64,000 nucleotides of DNA from a virus: positions 6,005 through 70,004 of IMG/VR virus record IMGVR_UViG_3300048620_000017; one strand, given 5' to 3'. Made by a program: the position numbers and the translations under genes. The notes beneath the pieces are model-generated. The model did no database searches and was not told the origin of the DNA. It was given only the letters and a program-made list of their open reading frames with translations. Of this stretch, positions 37,647 through 46,431 are shown one piece after another (within the stretch, counting starts at the first letter, position 1; every line of letters starts with the position of its first letter).

Positions 37647-37955
37647 ATGACCAGCCTTCTCGCCCAGACCAAGCCTGAATTCCTCCGCGACGTCGCCATG
37701 ATGAAGCGCAATCGCGGAGATCATGACGTGTCGGAATTCCTCGACGTCTGCAAAGACTTCGCCTCCGGCATCTATGCCACGATCGGCGGTGCTGAGCGCT
37801 TCATGCGCCGCAAGGTCGAAGGCAAGAGCCGGTTCAATACCTACTGGCAGCCGCGTTTTGCTTTCCTCGCCGATGTCGAGGCCGTCCTCAACGGCTCGTT
37901 CGCGCACGATTTCAGGGCAACCAGCAAGGGAGAAGCGATGCGCGTCAGGGCCTAG
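37647..37955 (+). CDS. Hypothetical protein
   Basis: Start-associated motif upstream. Confidence 0.7.
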   Translation: MTSLLAQTKPEFLRDVAMMKRNRGDHDVSEFLDVCKDFASGIYATIGGAERFMRRKVEGKSRFNTYWQPRFAFLADVEAVLNGSFAHDFRATSKGEAMRVRA

Positions 37956-38035
37956 CGCCGAGGAAAAGAACCCTTTCGATAGGGCGGCGGGAATTGACCC
38001 GTCGCCCGCCAATTCCTGCCACGGAGACCAGACCA

Positions 38036-38371
38036 ATGACCCTGAACTGCTACGATATAGACTGCACGGGCTGGGCTCTTACCCATCCGCGCGCGACCTT
38101 CGACATGCTCGGCTATGTGCCTCAATTCTTGCGCGACGACGATCCGCGCCCGGCACGAGAGCAGTTCAACGAACGCTACGAGTTCGGAGGTTGGTCCCCG
38201 AACAAAGGGTTCACCAAGGATAACCGCGACTTCATCACCTATCCGGGTGATCCGGCCCTTCCGCCGGTCGCAGAACGGAAACTCGGCGTCGAGCGCATCG
38301 TCATGTATCCCGGTGCCCTGCTGGCGATCATCCAGCCGAACGGCGACTTCGAAATTGCTCGGTTGGATTGA
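38036..38371 (+). CDS. Hypothetical protein
   Basis: Variant start-associated motif upstream. Confidence 0.7.
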   Translation: MTLNCYDIDCTGWALTHPRATFDMLGYVPQFLRDDDPRPAREQFNERYEFGGWSPNKGFTKDNRDFITYPGDPALPPVAERKLGVERIVMYPGALLAIIQPNGDFEIARLD

Positions 38372-38520
38372 TGCAAAAGCCGATCGAATACGAGTTCACG
38401 CTGCCCGACGGCAGCAAGTGCTACGAGATCGTGATCGAGCGCAAGGACGTCTTCACCTTCAAGAAGATGCACGGCGCCGTCAGCGCCAAGCCTGTCGAGC
38501 GCTCCGATGCAGCCGCATGA
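38371..38520 (+). CDS. 49-aa hypothetical protein
   Basis: Read by hand: MQKPIEYEFTLPDG...; TGATG coupling. Confidence 0.5.
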   Translation: MQKPIEYEFTLPDGSKCYEIVIERKDVFTFKKMHGAVSAKPVERSDAAA

Positions 38521-39298
38521 CACACACCGCAAACGCCTCATCAAGCTGGTCGACGAGGTCGGCCGCGCCGAGGGCCGCGCGCAATATGAGGTCTTCCGCG
38601 ACTTCCTCGACGCCGGCTACCGCGCGATCCGCGGCACCTTCCTTAAGGGCGACGCGTGGCAGCAGAACGAGGACGAATACATGAAGATCGTCAAGCACTG
38701 CCGTAAGCCGACCGAGACCATGGGCCGCTATGCTGAGATGCTGGCCGTCACGACCGAAGCTCTCGAAGCCGAATGCTCGGATTTCCTCGGCCCGACCTTC
38801 ATGGAGGTTGGCGGTTCCAAGGATCTCGGTCAGTTCTTCACGCCGAACTCGCTCTCGAAAATGATGGCGATGATGACTCTCGATCTCCCGAAGCTGATCG
38901 ACGGTTCGCCGCGCGGCTATTTCACCGGCCAGGAACCGGCTGCCGGCATGGGCGGCATGGTCTTGGCTGCAGCCGAGGTGATGCGCGAAAAGGGATACGA
39001 CCCAGCCAGGCATTGCCACTGGCTCATGGTCGACGTTGAATTCAAGGCCATGGCCGGGTGCTATATCCAGACCTCGCTTTGTGGCGTGTCAGGTTTCGTC
39101 ACTCACGGCAACACGCTCAGCCTTGCTGAATGGGCGTCATCGCCGACGCCGATGGCAGTCCTATTCCCGAAGCGTTTCGGCCAGGTCGAGATAGAGCCGC
39201 TAATGGAGGCCGACATGCCGGCCGCTGCAGAGCTTCCCGCTCCCCTACCTGCGACCAAAAAAGGCACGTCTCAAATGGCGTTCGACTTTTCTTGCTGA
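38507..39298 (+). CDS. HsdM-like N6-MTase fragment (SAM-binding half, no NPP(Y/F))
   Basis: GQFFTP, EPAAGMGGM, HGNTL, then diverges and ends. Confidence 0.8.
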   Translation: MQPHDTHRKRLIKLVDEVGRAEGRAQYEVFRDFLDAGYRAIRGTFLKGDAWQQNEDEYMKIVKHCRKPTETMGRYAEMLAVTTEALEAECSDFLGPTFMEVGGSKDLGQFFTPNSLSKMMAMMTLDLPKLIDGSPRGYFTGQEPAAGMGGMVLAAAEVMREKGYDPARHCHWLMVDVEFKAMAGCYIQTSLCGVSGFVTHGNTLSLAEWASSPTPMAVLFPKRFGQVEIEPLMEADMPAAAELPAPLPATKKGTSQMAFDFSC

Positions 39299-39304
39299 CC
39301 TAAT

Positions 39305-39323
39305 TGTAACCATTTTGGCTACA
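39305..39323. promoter_or_regulatory. Operator TGTAACCA-TTT-TGGCTACA
   Basis: One mismatch to consensus. Confidence 0.8.
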
Positions 39324-39354
39324 TTGTAGTTCGTCCCTACCACGGAGACCACCA

Positions 39355-39717
39355 ATGTTTCACCCGAGAGAAGCGCCCGAAGACGAAGCGGAGCGGCGCC
39401 GGCATCGCCCTACCATCACCCAGGCCCTCGACATGTGGGGAAGCTGGCACGCCGACTGCTCGCCGCTCGGCTGCACTGGAGACTATGCCCTCGACATGCA
39501 GCTCGCCGACGCGTTCCGCGCGCTGCTCTACCGGCCGGCGCTGAAAGACCGGCTCGAATGGATCGAGCGCGAATGCTGGAATTGCGGTCACCGCCAGCAT
39601 GACCATCGCTACTTCGCAGAAATTATCCGCTGGTGGCTCGCGATCTGGGAGGCCGAGAAGGCTCCTGTCGTAGCGAACCGGATGCACGAAAGGGCTTTGC
39701 AATGCGCTTCATGCTGA
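39355..39717 (+). CDS. Hypothetical protein
   Basis: Start-associated motif upstream. Confidence 0.65.
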   Translation: MFHPREAPEDEAERRRHRPTITQALDMWGSWHADCSPLGCTGDYALDMQLADAFRALLYRPALKDRLEWIERECWNCGHRQHDHRYFAEIIRWWLAIWEAEKAPVVANRMHERALQCASC

Positions 39718-40148
39718 TCGACGCCAGCAATCGCAAGGTGTTCGACATGATGACACCTCACCGGATCGACGAGGATTTCATCGGCAGGACCTTGCGACGC
39801 GACCATGTGGAACGAGTCGAACTGGCCGACGACCTTGACCTGTGGGTGTCACCCGAGCCGGTGAAAAGCCGATTCAGGTTCTTCGTCGATGGCCCCGAAT
39901 ATGTCGGGAGCGGCTTCCTCTCAGGGCGCACTTGGCTGGGCGACATCAAGAGCGTGCCACGCTGGCTGACCTACGAGGCCATCAACAGTTGGGTCGTCTG
40001 GCCGCGTGTCTACGACCAGCCGCAGCCCCGCCGAAAAATAGTGAGGCCGACCGGGTTTCCCCTGATCGGCCTTTCTCTCAATCCCTACCACAGAATCGCG
40101 CCGGAAAGCGCCAGAGAGAACCCATACGTAATGCAGATGTACGGGTGA
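39702..40148 (+). CDS. Hypothetical protein (DUF3846-like)
   Basis: MRFMLIDA...DLDLWV...YVGSGFLSG. Confidence 0.55.
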   Translation: MRFMLIDASNRKVFDMMTPHRIDEDFIGRTLRRDHVERVELADDLDLWVSPEPVKSRFRFFVDGPEYVGSGFLSGRTWLGDIKSVPRWLTYEAINSWVVWPRVYDQPQPRRKIVRPTGFPLIGLSLNPYHRIAPESARENPYVMQMYG

Positions 40149-40186
40149 AGGCAACGCACCAAAACGGCAACATTTCGCTTGCATGT

Positions 40187-40205
40187 TGTAACCAAATTGG
40201 TTACA
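40187..40205. promoter_or_regulatory. Perfect operator TGTAACCA-AAT-TGGTTACA
   Basis: Degenerate partner at 40154-40172. Confidence 0.85.
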
Positions 40206-40275
40206 GATTTGGACATGAGGAAATGTGAGCCATCGCCCACGCGACCTCGGATCATCCCTACCACGGAGACCCGAA

Positions 40276-40485
40276 ATGATGACCTCGACCAAGACCAGGA
40301 TCGCCTACATCGGAGAGCTTTCCGAAGCTCTGGCCGACAATCCCCAAGATGTCGCGATCAAGATGCATCTGCGCTCGGTGAGCTCCATGGACGAGGCGGA
40401 TTTTGCCGTGCTTCGAGCCGCAATGATCGCGACTCCGAAGCCTGCGGAAGGCCACCGCAGGCCGTTCCTGCAACTCGTACGCTGA
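40276..40485 (+). CDS. Hypothetical protein
   Basis: Start-associated motif upstream. Confidence 0.6.
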   Translation: MMTSTKTRIAYIGELSEALADNPQDVAIKMHLRSVSSMDEADFAVLRAAMIATPKPAEGHRRPFLQLVR

Positions 40486-40506
40486 ACGATATAGAGGAGC
40501 CCGCCC

Positions 40507-40818
40507 ATGAACGCCGACGCAACCGACGACAGATTTCTGATCACGCCGGAAGAGGCAGAGAGCCTGCTGAATGAAGGCGAGTTCGTCCACAATTTCATCG
40601 ATGGCAGATTTGTGATCCTGGGTTGCGACTACGACCGCGCCAGTGCCATCGCGGCTTTCAAGGCCGCGAAGTCCATCGAGATCGGCGGCGACGGATGCAA
40701 GGCCATGCGTCATCCGATCGTAGTGTTCGACCAGAACGGCAAGCATTCTTTCTTCGCCGCTGATATGGACAAGGTCGAGGCCTTGGAGGCATCCCGCGCT
40801 GCACAGGTGCCGGTATGA
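40507..40818 (+). CDS. Hypothetical protein
   Basis: GAGGAG RBS; protein-like composition. Confidence 0.7.
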   Translation: MNADATDDRFLITPEEAESLLNEGEFVHNFIDGRFVILGCDYDRASAIAAFKAAKSIEIGGDGCKAMRHPIVVFDQNGKHSFFAADMDKVEALEASRAAQVPV

Positions 40819-41048
40819 CCTTGCCAACCGTCAATCTCGACGCTCTCGAAGCGGCACATAAAGCCTTCCGCGACCCGGCCAATCGAGGCTGGCACTTAGA
40901 AGCCGCCATTCAATCTTATTTGGTCGCGTTGAAAGCTGAGACGCCCGTGCCCGTTGCCACCAACCGTCCCGGCGATCATGCCGCGATCTATGCCGAGGAA
41001 ACCGGCGTCGATTACGCGACCGCGCTTGTCCACTGCAACATGGATTGA
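40815..41048 (+). CDS. Hypothetical protein
   Basis: ATGA-coupled. Confidence 0.6.
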   Translation: MTLPTVNLDALEAAHKAFRDPANRGWHLEAAIQSYLVALKAETPVPVATNRPGDHAAIYAEETGVDYATALVHCNMD

Positions 41049-41053
41049 GGGGA

Positions 41054-41443
41054 ATGGCTGAGCTTCGAACCTTTTCCGTGCTGATCGCCTGGGATGACAA
41101 CGACGGCGAGCAGGGGAACTTCGGCGATATCGTGCGAGCCCGCGACTATACCCACGCGGAACGCATCGTGCGTGCCCGCATGTGTTGGTCCCATTGGGGC
41201 AACCATCGTTGGAAGGGTGACAGTCGGCGAGGGTCCCTCTCCTCCTACCGCAATGCAGACGGCAGCTATTTCGGGACAGTTCTTGATTGCCATGAGGGCG
41301 CCACTTGGAAAGCTGCCGAACTCGAAAAGGCGCTACGGGAATTACTGGCGGAGGTCGACGCCACGGCCGCTCGTACCGGCTGGGCAGACAATGGCCAACG
41401 TGAGAATGCCCGCAAGCTCATCGCCGAAATCGACAGGCTTTGA
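41054..41443 (+). CDS. Hypothetical protein
   Basis: GAGGGG RBS; last gene before terminator. Confidence 0.65.
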   Translation: MAELRTFSVLIAWDDNDGEQGNFGDIVRARDYTHAERIVRARMCWSHWGNHRWKGDSRRGSLSSYRNADGSYFGTVLDCHEGATWKAAELEKALRELLAEVDATAARTGWADNGQRENARKLIAEIDRL

Positions 41444-41496
41444 TCACGTGTGTACGCATCCGCACCGTCGGCCTCCAGCTGGCGGCGTGGTAGGGT

Positions 41497-41533
41497 GGCC
41501 GCCGCGACTGGTCCTCGCGGCGGCCGATTTTTT
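41497..41533 (+). terminator. Intrinsic terminator at the convergence of two operons
   Basis: GGCCGCCGCGA/TCGCGGCGGCC 11-bp stem followed by a T run. Confidence 0.75.
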
Positions 41534-41807
41534 ATCGGTGCTCCACCGGGATCATCCGGCCTTTGCGAAAAACGCGCTCGGCCGCGTTGCGGGCGCTGGT
41601 GATCGTTTCGCCGTCGCGCCGCAAATGACCGTTGAAATACTTGAGCAGGTTCTCGGTGACCGCCTTCTGCGCCTCGAGCTCGGTCGAGAACAGCATCGGC
41701 TTGCCCTTGGCGCAGAGCACCGGCTCGGCCTGGCCATCCTCGGCGAAGCGAAGCATCGCATAATGGCCGCCGACGACTGGCGTTGTGAAGCCTGCAAAAT
41801 GGTTCAC
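41532..41807 (-). CDS. Hypothetical protein
   Basis: Coupled to upstream ORF. Confidence 0.6.
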   Translation of the reverse strand: MNHFAGFTTPVVGGHYAMLRFAEDGQAEPVLCAKGKPMLFSTELEAQKAVTENLLKYFNGHLRRDGETITSARNAAERVFRKGRMIPVEHR

Positions 41808-42001
41808 CGGCCCTCCTCCTTGACCATGCGCGCATAGTCGGCCGCGATAGCGTTCAGCATGGTCAGTTCCTCGTGCTTCTGCGATATCTCGAAATCAGGG
41901 CGCTTGTTGCGACCGGACCCGAAAGAATTGAGCCATGTCTGCTTTGCGGCGATCATGGCCCGAACGGCTTCGAGCTTGCTGCGTGCTGTGATCGGGCTCA
42001 A
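41804..42001 (-). CDS. Hypothetical protein
   Basis: ATGA-coupled. Confidence 0.6.
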   Translation of the reverse strand: MSPITARSKLEAVRAMIAAKQTWLNSFGSGRNKRPDFEISQKHEELTMLNAIAADYARMVKEEGR

Positions 42002-42705
42002 AGCATGCTCTCCTGGCGACGAATGGAATCGGGGTGCGGCGGGACGATCTTTCGTTCGATGTCGATCGGCGGATCGGCCTCGGCGAAGGTCCGCGCGCGA
42101 AGGTGTTTGCAGACCGACTTTTCGATCTCGCGACCGGTCAGCAGACGGCCGAGCTCGAGCGACAGGTCAAAGCCGCCGGTGCGCTTGGTGTGTGCCACCC
42201 TATGTTCGGCTGCGACTGCCCGGATTTCTTCCGACCAGAGCAGCATGATCATGCGGTGATACCAGGGAATCGTCCTCGACGCGGGCGGCCGCCAATCTCG
42301 TCCAGAACGCAGGACAGGTTCAGGGTACGTCCAGACGGCAGTTGGTCCCCTTTCGCGGCCGGCCATTGCCTCCTCAAGCAGCGTTGGAACCTTGCTTTGG
42401 CGGCCGGCGCCGTGGTCGATCCAGCCCCGGTCCCTGCTCCACTTCTCATGGGCCGCAACGATGATGCCATGGCTGGCGGGCCCAAAATCCCGGAGCTGGC
42501 CGGCGAGCCTGTCGAGCTTGTCTCGCTCGCTCTTGATTTCGCAAATCCAGATGCGATCGGGCTGCACCGCCACGACATCGGCGCGGCTTCCGCCGTGCTC
42601 GACGTTCATCTCGTGGATTATCCTGGCATCGGGCCAAAGCTCGCGAAAGCGAGACACCACAGCCTCGCGGATCTCGACCTCGGCAGAGGAGCGGGTGTGC
42701 TTCAT
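41998..42705 (-). CDS. PD-(D/E)xK nuclease-like protein (MmcB/Sce7726-like)
   Basis: HEMNV...RADVVAV...ICEIKSERDKLDRLAGQL. Confidence 0.75.
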   Translation of the reverse strand: MKHTRSSAEVEIREAVVSRFRELWPDARIIHEMNVEHGGSRADVVAVQPDRIWICEIKSERDKLDRLAGQLRDFGPASHGIIVAAHEKWSRDRGWIDHGAGRQSKVPTLLEEAMAGRERGPTAVWTYPEPVLRSGRDWRPPASRTIPWYHRMIMLLWSEEIRAVAAEHRVAHTKRTGGFDLSLELGRLLTGREIEKSVCKHLRARTFAEADPPIDIERKIVPPHPDSIRRQESML

Positions 42706-43187
42706 GCCCTCACCCATTCGGGTCGGCACTCCAGGATGTGCAGTCGCTTCTTGGTCATGCCGGCGTAGCGCCATCCGGCTTGGTAGAAACAATGTCCCCA
42801 CGTCGGACGACCAGCACGCCAGGTTGGCGTGACCTCGCGCGGATCAACAAAGGTGAACAGCCGCTCGGCCGGCCACCTGGCCCAGACGATCGCCATGGCG
42901 GCAGTGAGCATCTCGCTCGCGACCTCGCCGGCCTCTCGTCGGAAAATGGCGCAGTTCACGCCCTCCTGTCCGTCGAGGCGATGCTTCTCGCGTCGCCAGG
43001 CAGCGAGGGCACCGGCGTCGGCGGTCAGTAGCAGGAGCTTTTCACCAGGTCCGACGATCAAGGCAGGCTGGCGGCCGTCGGCGTAGCGATAGCGTGAATA
43101 ATGCCGGTCGAAGATGTCGCGCGCAGTGTCGTTGCCGTCGATCACCTCGATCCAGCCTTCGCCGATCAGGAAGGGCTGCACGTTCAT
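42702..43187 (-). CDS. Mom-family GNAT DNA-modification protein
   Basis: ARDIFDRHYSR and LFTFVD...GHCFYQAGWRYAG resemble Mu Mom HYSRR and VQSFAD...GVVYQASNF (recalled from memory). Confidence 0.72.
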   Translation of the reverse strand: MNVQPFLIGEGWIEVIDGNDTARDIFDRHYSRYRYADGRQPALIVGPGEKLLLLTADAGALAAWRREKHRLDGQEGVNCAIFRREAGEVASEMLTAAMAIVWARWPAERLFTFVDPREVTPTWRAGRPTWGHCFYQAGWRYAGMTKKRLHILECRPEWVRA

Positions 43188-43191
43188 AAGG

Positions 43192-43563
43192 CTATCGCTC
43201 TTTGTCGCCTTCGAACTTGACCGAGATGCGCCAGCTTTCCGCCGCGACCTTCAGGACGGAACTGGCGACCGCATCGGCGATGTCATCATCGGCAAGCCGC
43301 TTCTTGACCGCCGCTCTGATTTCGTCACGGCGGCTTGCAAACTCGATCTGCACGGCGTTGTAGAGCTCAGTGCGGAGCGCATCACCGACGATGTATTCGA
43401 GATAAGGAACCTTGTTTCCATAACCAGTAGGCTTCCCTGTGTCGGGGTCTACAGGCTTCTCGATCGCCGCCTTGACCATCGCCTCAATCGCTTCGGGCGC
43501 AGCTTTCAAGGCCTTGAGAATTTCGGCCTGGAGGGTCGTCTTGACTATTTCCTCGACGTTCAT
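43192..43563 (-). CDS. Hypothetical protein
   Basis: GGAG RBS; helical composition. Confidence 0.65.
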   Translation of the reverse strand: MNVEEIVKTTLQAEILKALKAAPEAIEAMVKAAIEKPVDPDTGKPTGYGNKVPYLEYIVGDALRTELYNAVQIEFASRRDEIRAAVKKRLADDDIADAVASSVLKVAAESWRISVKFEGDKER

Positions 43564-43604
43564 TTCAACTCCTATTCCGCCGGCTTCGCGCCGGCTGCGT
43601 CAGA

Positions 43605-44561
43605 TCACGGTTGCTCTTTGCAGTCGGCGCGGGTCCACACTTCGAAATCGCATCTGGTGGCGCACGGGCTGTCCCAAATCGCGACCGCCAGTGCACGATC
43701 CGGGCTCCCGCCCTTCCCAAGATAGTCCTCTCGCCAGTCCAGATTTACCCAGAGACTCGGCCGATGACGTTCGAACTGCTGACGACCGATGCCGCTTGCC
43801 CAAATGCGCTCCGGTAGAACGAGACACATCTCGCTGATGCCAACGGCAAAGGCGTGATCAATGAACTCGCGGACACGCTCAAAAGGCGGATTGGTGAAGA
43901 GGGCTACGTCAATCGGCGGCGGAGCGACTTCAAAGAAGTCCTCGCCAGTGGTGATGTCGCCGGTGATGATCTCAAACCCAGCCTCCAGCAAAGCTTTCGC
44001 TATCCGGCCATCACCGGCGCATGGCTCCCAAATCACATTCGACCGCGGCTTCCATCGCGCCACGATTTCGGCGATCAGACTATCTGGCGTGGGGTAGAAA
44101 TCATTCTCACGCCGTCCCTGTTCGCGTTCCCCGGCTTTTAAGAGGTTGGTGGTGACGCGCTCGTTTTCGGCCTCGATGCGCTGGCGCCAGTCACCGACCA
44201 TCGCCTCGAACTCGCCTTCCGGTACCGCTGCCATCTTTTGCGCGCGGGCCGACATCTTTCGATCTATGCCTACATCTGAAAGTGTTGGTGGCTCCGGAAC
44301 CTGTTCCCTCTCGGCACGGGTTTTGGGGCGACCGCCGGGGTTAAGACCGACGGTCGCCTTCTGCGCCGAAATGAGCTCACCTAAACGCCGCTCCGCGCGA
44401 ATCCGGATCTCTGCTGCGTCGACCTCCAACTGATGGTTCTTGGCCTGTCTGGCATAGGCGCGCATGGCCTCCGCCTTGTCGACAAAGTCCTTCACTTCGT
44501 CGATCGACTTCGCGGTTGCCAAGGCAACGCAGGCGGCGTCATACCGGATGAGCAAGCCCAT
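43605..44561 (-). CDS. N6-adenine-type methyltransferase with N-terminal helical phage domain
   Basis: DFYPTP, WEPCAGDG, TNPPF; N-terminal DKAEAMRAYARQAK...RAERRLGEL domain. Confidence 0.85.
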   Translation of the reverse strand: MGLLIRYDAACVALATAKSIDEVKDFVDKAEAMRAYARQAKNHQLEVDAAEIRIRAERRLGELISAQKATVGLNPGGRPKTRAEREQVPEPPTLSDVGIDRKMSARAQKMAAVPEGEFEAMVGDWRQRIEAENERVTTNLLKAGEREQGRRENDFYPTPDSLIAEIVARWKPRSNVIWEPCAGDGRIAKALLEAGFEIITGDITTGEDFFEVAPPPIDVALFTNPPFERVREFIDHAFAVGISEMCLVLPERIWASGIGRQQFERHRPSLWVNLDWREDYLGKGGSPDRALAVAIWDSPCATRCDFEVWTRADCKEQP

Positions 44562-44565
44562 TGGC

Positions 44566-44922
44566 CTATGCCATTTCCGCCAGCTTGGCCCTGACTGGAT
44601 CGAGAACTTCCAGCGTCGTCCTGATCTGGTGAAGATCCGCGTCGGTCTCCTGGTGGCAATTGTCTCGGATCAGCTTGGCTGACGCGACGGCCCGCTCATA
44701 TTCGGCGGTTGCTGCAGCCTTGGTCGCCTCCAGTTCTGTTTCCTTGAGGCGCATCTGATCGACGAAGCGCTTCAGAGATTTTCCGGTGGTGGCGATCATG
44801 GTGCGGACAGATCGCTTGGGCTCGCTTGGGTCGCGCGCCAGTTCGGTGTCCACCGCCTCAGAGAACTCTTCATCGATTTCCAGCGGCTCGCTTCCGGCGG
44901 TCTGCACAGTGGGCATGTTCAT
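44566..44922 (-). CDS. Coiled-coil hypothetical protein
   Basis: Operon position and composition. Confidence 0.6.
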   Translation of the reverse strand: MNMPTVQTAGSEPLEIDEEFSEAVDTELARDPSEPKRSVRTMIATTGKSLKRFVDQMRLKETELEATKAAATAEYERAVASAKLIRDNCHQETDADLHQIRTTLEVLDPVRAKLAEMA

Positions 44923-45012
44923 GTCAGTTGATCCTCATGTGAATGCCGCGACACGACACGCGCGGGATTGCGCGGGCGCGAAGACGGCGGATGAAACGGG
45001 AAAGGCGCGTGA

Positions 45013-45321
45013 TCATTCGGCCTGATCGCCGTATTGCTCGGCAACGACGGCGCCGACGACCTCGTCGACGTGATCGTCGCTCCACCATTTGCCCTTTTTG
45101 GCGCTGATGACCTGCCCCTGGGCAGAACGAGGCGTTCCGTAGGAGAGGCATTCACCAAGGCCTGCCCTGCGGGCCTCGGGGAATGCTATGACCAAGGCTT
45201 CCATCGCCACATGACGGGCGCGCATGCCGAGCTCGCCGGAACAGACCGCAAAGGGATCTTCACCGAAGAGCCTGCAGGCAGTGACGATGGCCAAGGCTAT
45301 CTGATCGGCGGTGGGGAACAT
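45013..45321 (-). CDS. Small DNA-binding protein (DnaA C-terminal-like HTH)
   Basis: TADQIALAIVTAC...RARHVAM pattern. Confidence 0.55.
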   Translation of the reverse strand: MFPTADQIALAIVTACRLFGEDPFAVCSGELGMRARHVAMEALVIAFPEARRAGLGECLSYGTPRSAQGQVISAKKGKWWSDDHVDEVVGAVVAEQYGDQAE

Positions 45322-45746
45322 CAGATTATCCCCTCGGCAAACCGATCAGCTTCCCGATCCGCCTGACCTTTGAGCCTGGCGATCAACTCGGAATGCGACC
45401 AGATGGTCGACCGCAGGGTAGAGGCCTCTGCCGCGATCACGCTGCTGAGGGTTTCGAGACTTGCCCGGTACCAGTGCTGACCCAGATGGAAGTTCACCAG
45501 GAACCGCTCCGCAGCCAGCACGATGGTGCGCGCCACGGCCAGCCCTGGCGTCCAGACGACATGCGCGAAGTGAAGCCTTTCCCATCGGCCGGGCTGCAGC
45601 TGCGGAAGGTGCGCCTCAAGGTTCTCGGCTGTCGCGAGCCGGAACACGCCAGGATCAGCATCGAAGCCAACGGCACACACCGCGGCGTAGCCAGCGCTCT
45701 TCCTGCGATCGATGAGATTGCGCGGCATGGCGACGTTAACCGGCAT
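45321..45746 (-). CDS. Degenerate GIY-YIG/T5orf172-like protein
   Basis: FRLATAENLEAHLPQLQPG...LGQHWY pattern. Confidence 0.5.
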   Translation of the reverse strand: MPVNVAMPRNLIDRRKSAGYAAVCAVGFDADPGVFRLATAENLEAHLPQLQPGRWERLHFAHVVWTPGLAVARTIVLAAERFLVNFHLGQHWYRASLETLSSVIAAEASTLRSTIWSHSELIARLKGQADREADRFAEGII

Positions 45747-46428
45747 TTTCTTGAGCCTCACGCCGGCGGCGCTTTTCTTCGCGCTTGCGTTCCTTGCGCC
45801 GCCGCTCGATCTCCCTAATCGTGAGGCGCCGGAAACCCCGGCTGGTGCGGACCAGGCCGAACTCAAGCTCGATGCCGGCAAGGACCTGGCCGAGGATCCT
45901 GCTCTTGATGTCGTGCAGCGACTGCCGTGACATCAGATCGACGCGGTGCGGATCCCAAACGCGGGTGCAGAACTCGACGCCATAGCCGCCAGCATGAGCG
46001 AGGAACGTCCGCTTGTGGCGAAGCGCGTCAGCACCTTGGCGGCCGGCTCGTACGAACCGAAGCAGGTCCATGATGTCGACCATCCGATCGGCGGCAGACT
46101 CGTGGACGACAATGCGAACCTCGGTGGCGTCATATTGCGGTATGCCGTCCATCAGGCGGGACCGCTCGCGCGCAAAAGCTTCGTTCTCGGTTTCGCGAGC
46201 CGACGGCATCGCCGAGCCGACCCTGGATACCATGCGCCGTTCCACGTCTGGCATCTTGCGCGCCGTATCGACGGCGTCGGCGAACAGGAGCCACAGCAAA
46301 TCACGAGGTGTCGGCAGCCCACGCTTGTTGCTGGCGAAGAATATCCCCTCGGCATGCCGCATGTGCTCGATGAAGCGATCTATGCGTTTTTCGAGATCTT
46401 GGGGCGTGTCGAGAAAAAGGCGTGCCAT
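45736..46428 (-). CDS. Putative late-gene regulator (DUF6362/Q-like position)
   Basis: LFADAVDTARKMP...AADRM..IMDLL; downstream of replication genes. Confidence 0.6.
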   Translation of the reverse strand: MARLFLDTPQDLEKRIDRFIEHMRHAEGIFFASNKRGLPTPRDLLWLLFADAVDTARKMPDVERRMVSRVGSAMPSARETENEAFARERSRLMDGIPQYDATEVRIVVHESAADRMVDIMDLLRFVRAGRQGADALRHKRTFLAHAGGYGVEFCTRVWDPHRVDLMSRQSLHDIKSRILGQVLAGIELEFGLVRTSRGFRRLTIREIERRRKERKREEKRRRREAQENAG

Positions 46429-46431
46429 CAA

